A DNA stretch of 32,033 nucleotides. Origin: a virus. Position 1 is the stretch's first letter, and each line of letters begins with the position of its first letter. This document shows, piece by piece, positions 31,970 to 32,033 of the stretch. The notes beneath the pieces are model-generated. The model made no database searches and was not told the DNA's origin. It saw only the letters and a program-made list of their open reading frames with translations. The translations under genes and the position numbers were made by a program. Location: IMG/VR virus record IMGVR_UViG_3300002091_000017, positions 1 to 32,033 of that record; one strand, written 5' to 3'.

Positions 31970-32033
31970 TAACTTAAATGGGTATAGCACAAGATTAGGT
32001 TAAAATGAGTGGCAAGACCATCCTAATCGATTG
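31970..32033. repeat. Right copy of 64-bp terminal direct repeat
   Basis: Exact match to 1-64, read directly from the sequence. Confidence 0.95.

Larger units (their letters stand above)
1..32033. mobile_element. Complete tailed-phage genome (podovirus-like gene order), about 31,969 bp of unique sequence
   Basis: Terminase, portal, scaffold, capsid, tail fibre, holin/endolysin and Erf/SSB/exonuclease modules fill the window at more than 90% coding density. The first 64 nt equal the last 64 nt, so the contig closes on itself. Confidence 0.85.

Noticed and set aside
31864-31977. 37-aa plus-strand ORF (MGIFIWVTVLHTSVVILNG...) in the junction region
   Set aside because: It has no Shine-Dalgarno sequence and no coupling to neighbours. 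It runs through the AAATGGG repeat array, so it is more likely chance. It cannot be excluded without expression data.
1-32033. The 64-bp direct repeats read as attL/attR of an integrated prophage
   Set aside because: The repeats sit exactly at the two window ends. No flanking bacterial genes are present, and no integrase, excisionase or tRNA target is found. A self-closing phage contig explains them better.
1-32033. tRNA or tmRNA genes
   Set aside because: I found no cloverleaf-compatible segment and no GTTCRANYC T-loop motif in the non-coding regions. The only TTCGAAT strings (about 5033-5053) lie inside the terminase coding sequence.

Overview
The window is a complete, AT-rich tailed-phage genome of about 32 kb with a podovirus-like gene order. 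The first 64 nt are identical to the last 64 nt (1-64 = 31970-32033), so this is a circularly closed or terminally redundant contig, not a chromosomal segment. A divergent control region at 30551-30650 drives two units. (i) A leftward early operon on the minus strand (30550 down to 26726) encodes an Erf-type annealase, SSB, a PD-(D/E)XK exonuclease, a winged-helix protein, acidic small proteins and many tiny translationally coupled ORFs. (ii) A long rightward unit on the plus strand starts with a Cro/YdaS-like HTH gene that looks leaderless and a PAPS-reductase-like PP-loop enzyme. It then crosses a gene-free, structured region of about 420 bp at the contig junction. It continues through small ORFs, a Ref-like HNH nuclease, RusA, a Dps-like mini-ferritin, small basic proteins and a 452-aa protein with a polyvalent-protein-type domain. 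The late part holds TerS/TerL, portal, a Thr/Ser/Gly-repeat fibre, a GT9-like glycosyltransferase, scaffold, major capsid, tail and internal-virion proteins, an S74-chaperone tail fibre and a lysis cassette (GTA-type holin, GH108 endolysin). I found no integrase, CI-type repressor, DNA polymerase, primase/helicase, tRNA, CRISPR array or reverse transcriptase. The observations most worth follow-up are listed here. (1) A glycosyltransferase sits inside the head/fibre module and appears to lack a canonical start codon. (2) A family of CCGAAT-core boxes is almost confined to intergenic DNA: three palindromic iterons at 28783-28904 and a 12-mer in front of late genes. (3) A roughly 100-nt rod-like hairpin lies behind a sigma70-like promoter in the junction region. 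(4) There is a polyvalent-type 452-aa protein and a PAPS-reductase-like enzyme. (5) There is a recombination module but no recognisable replication initiator. All functional calls rest on motif recognition by eye; no database search was run.
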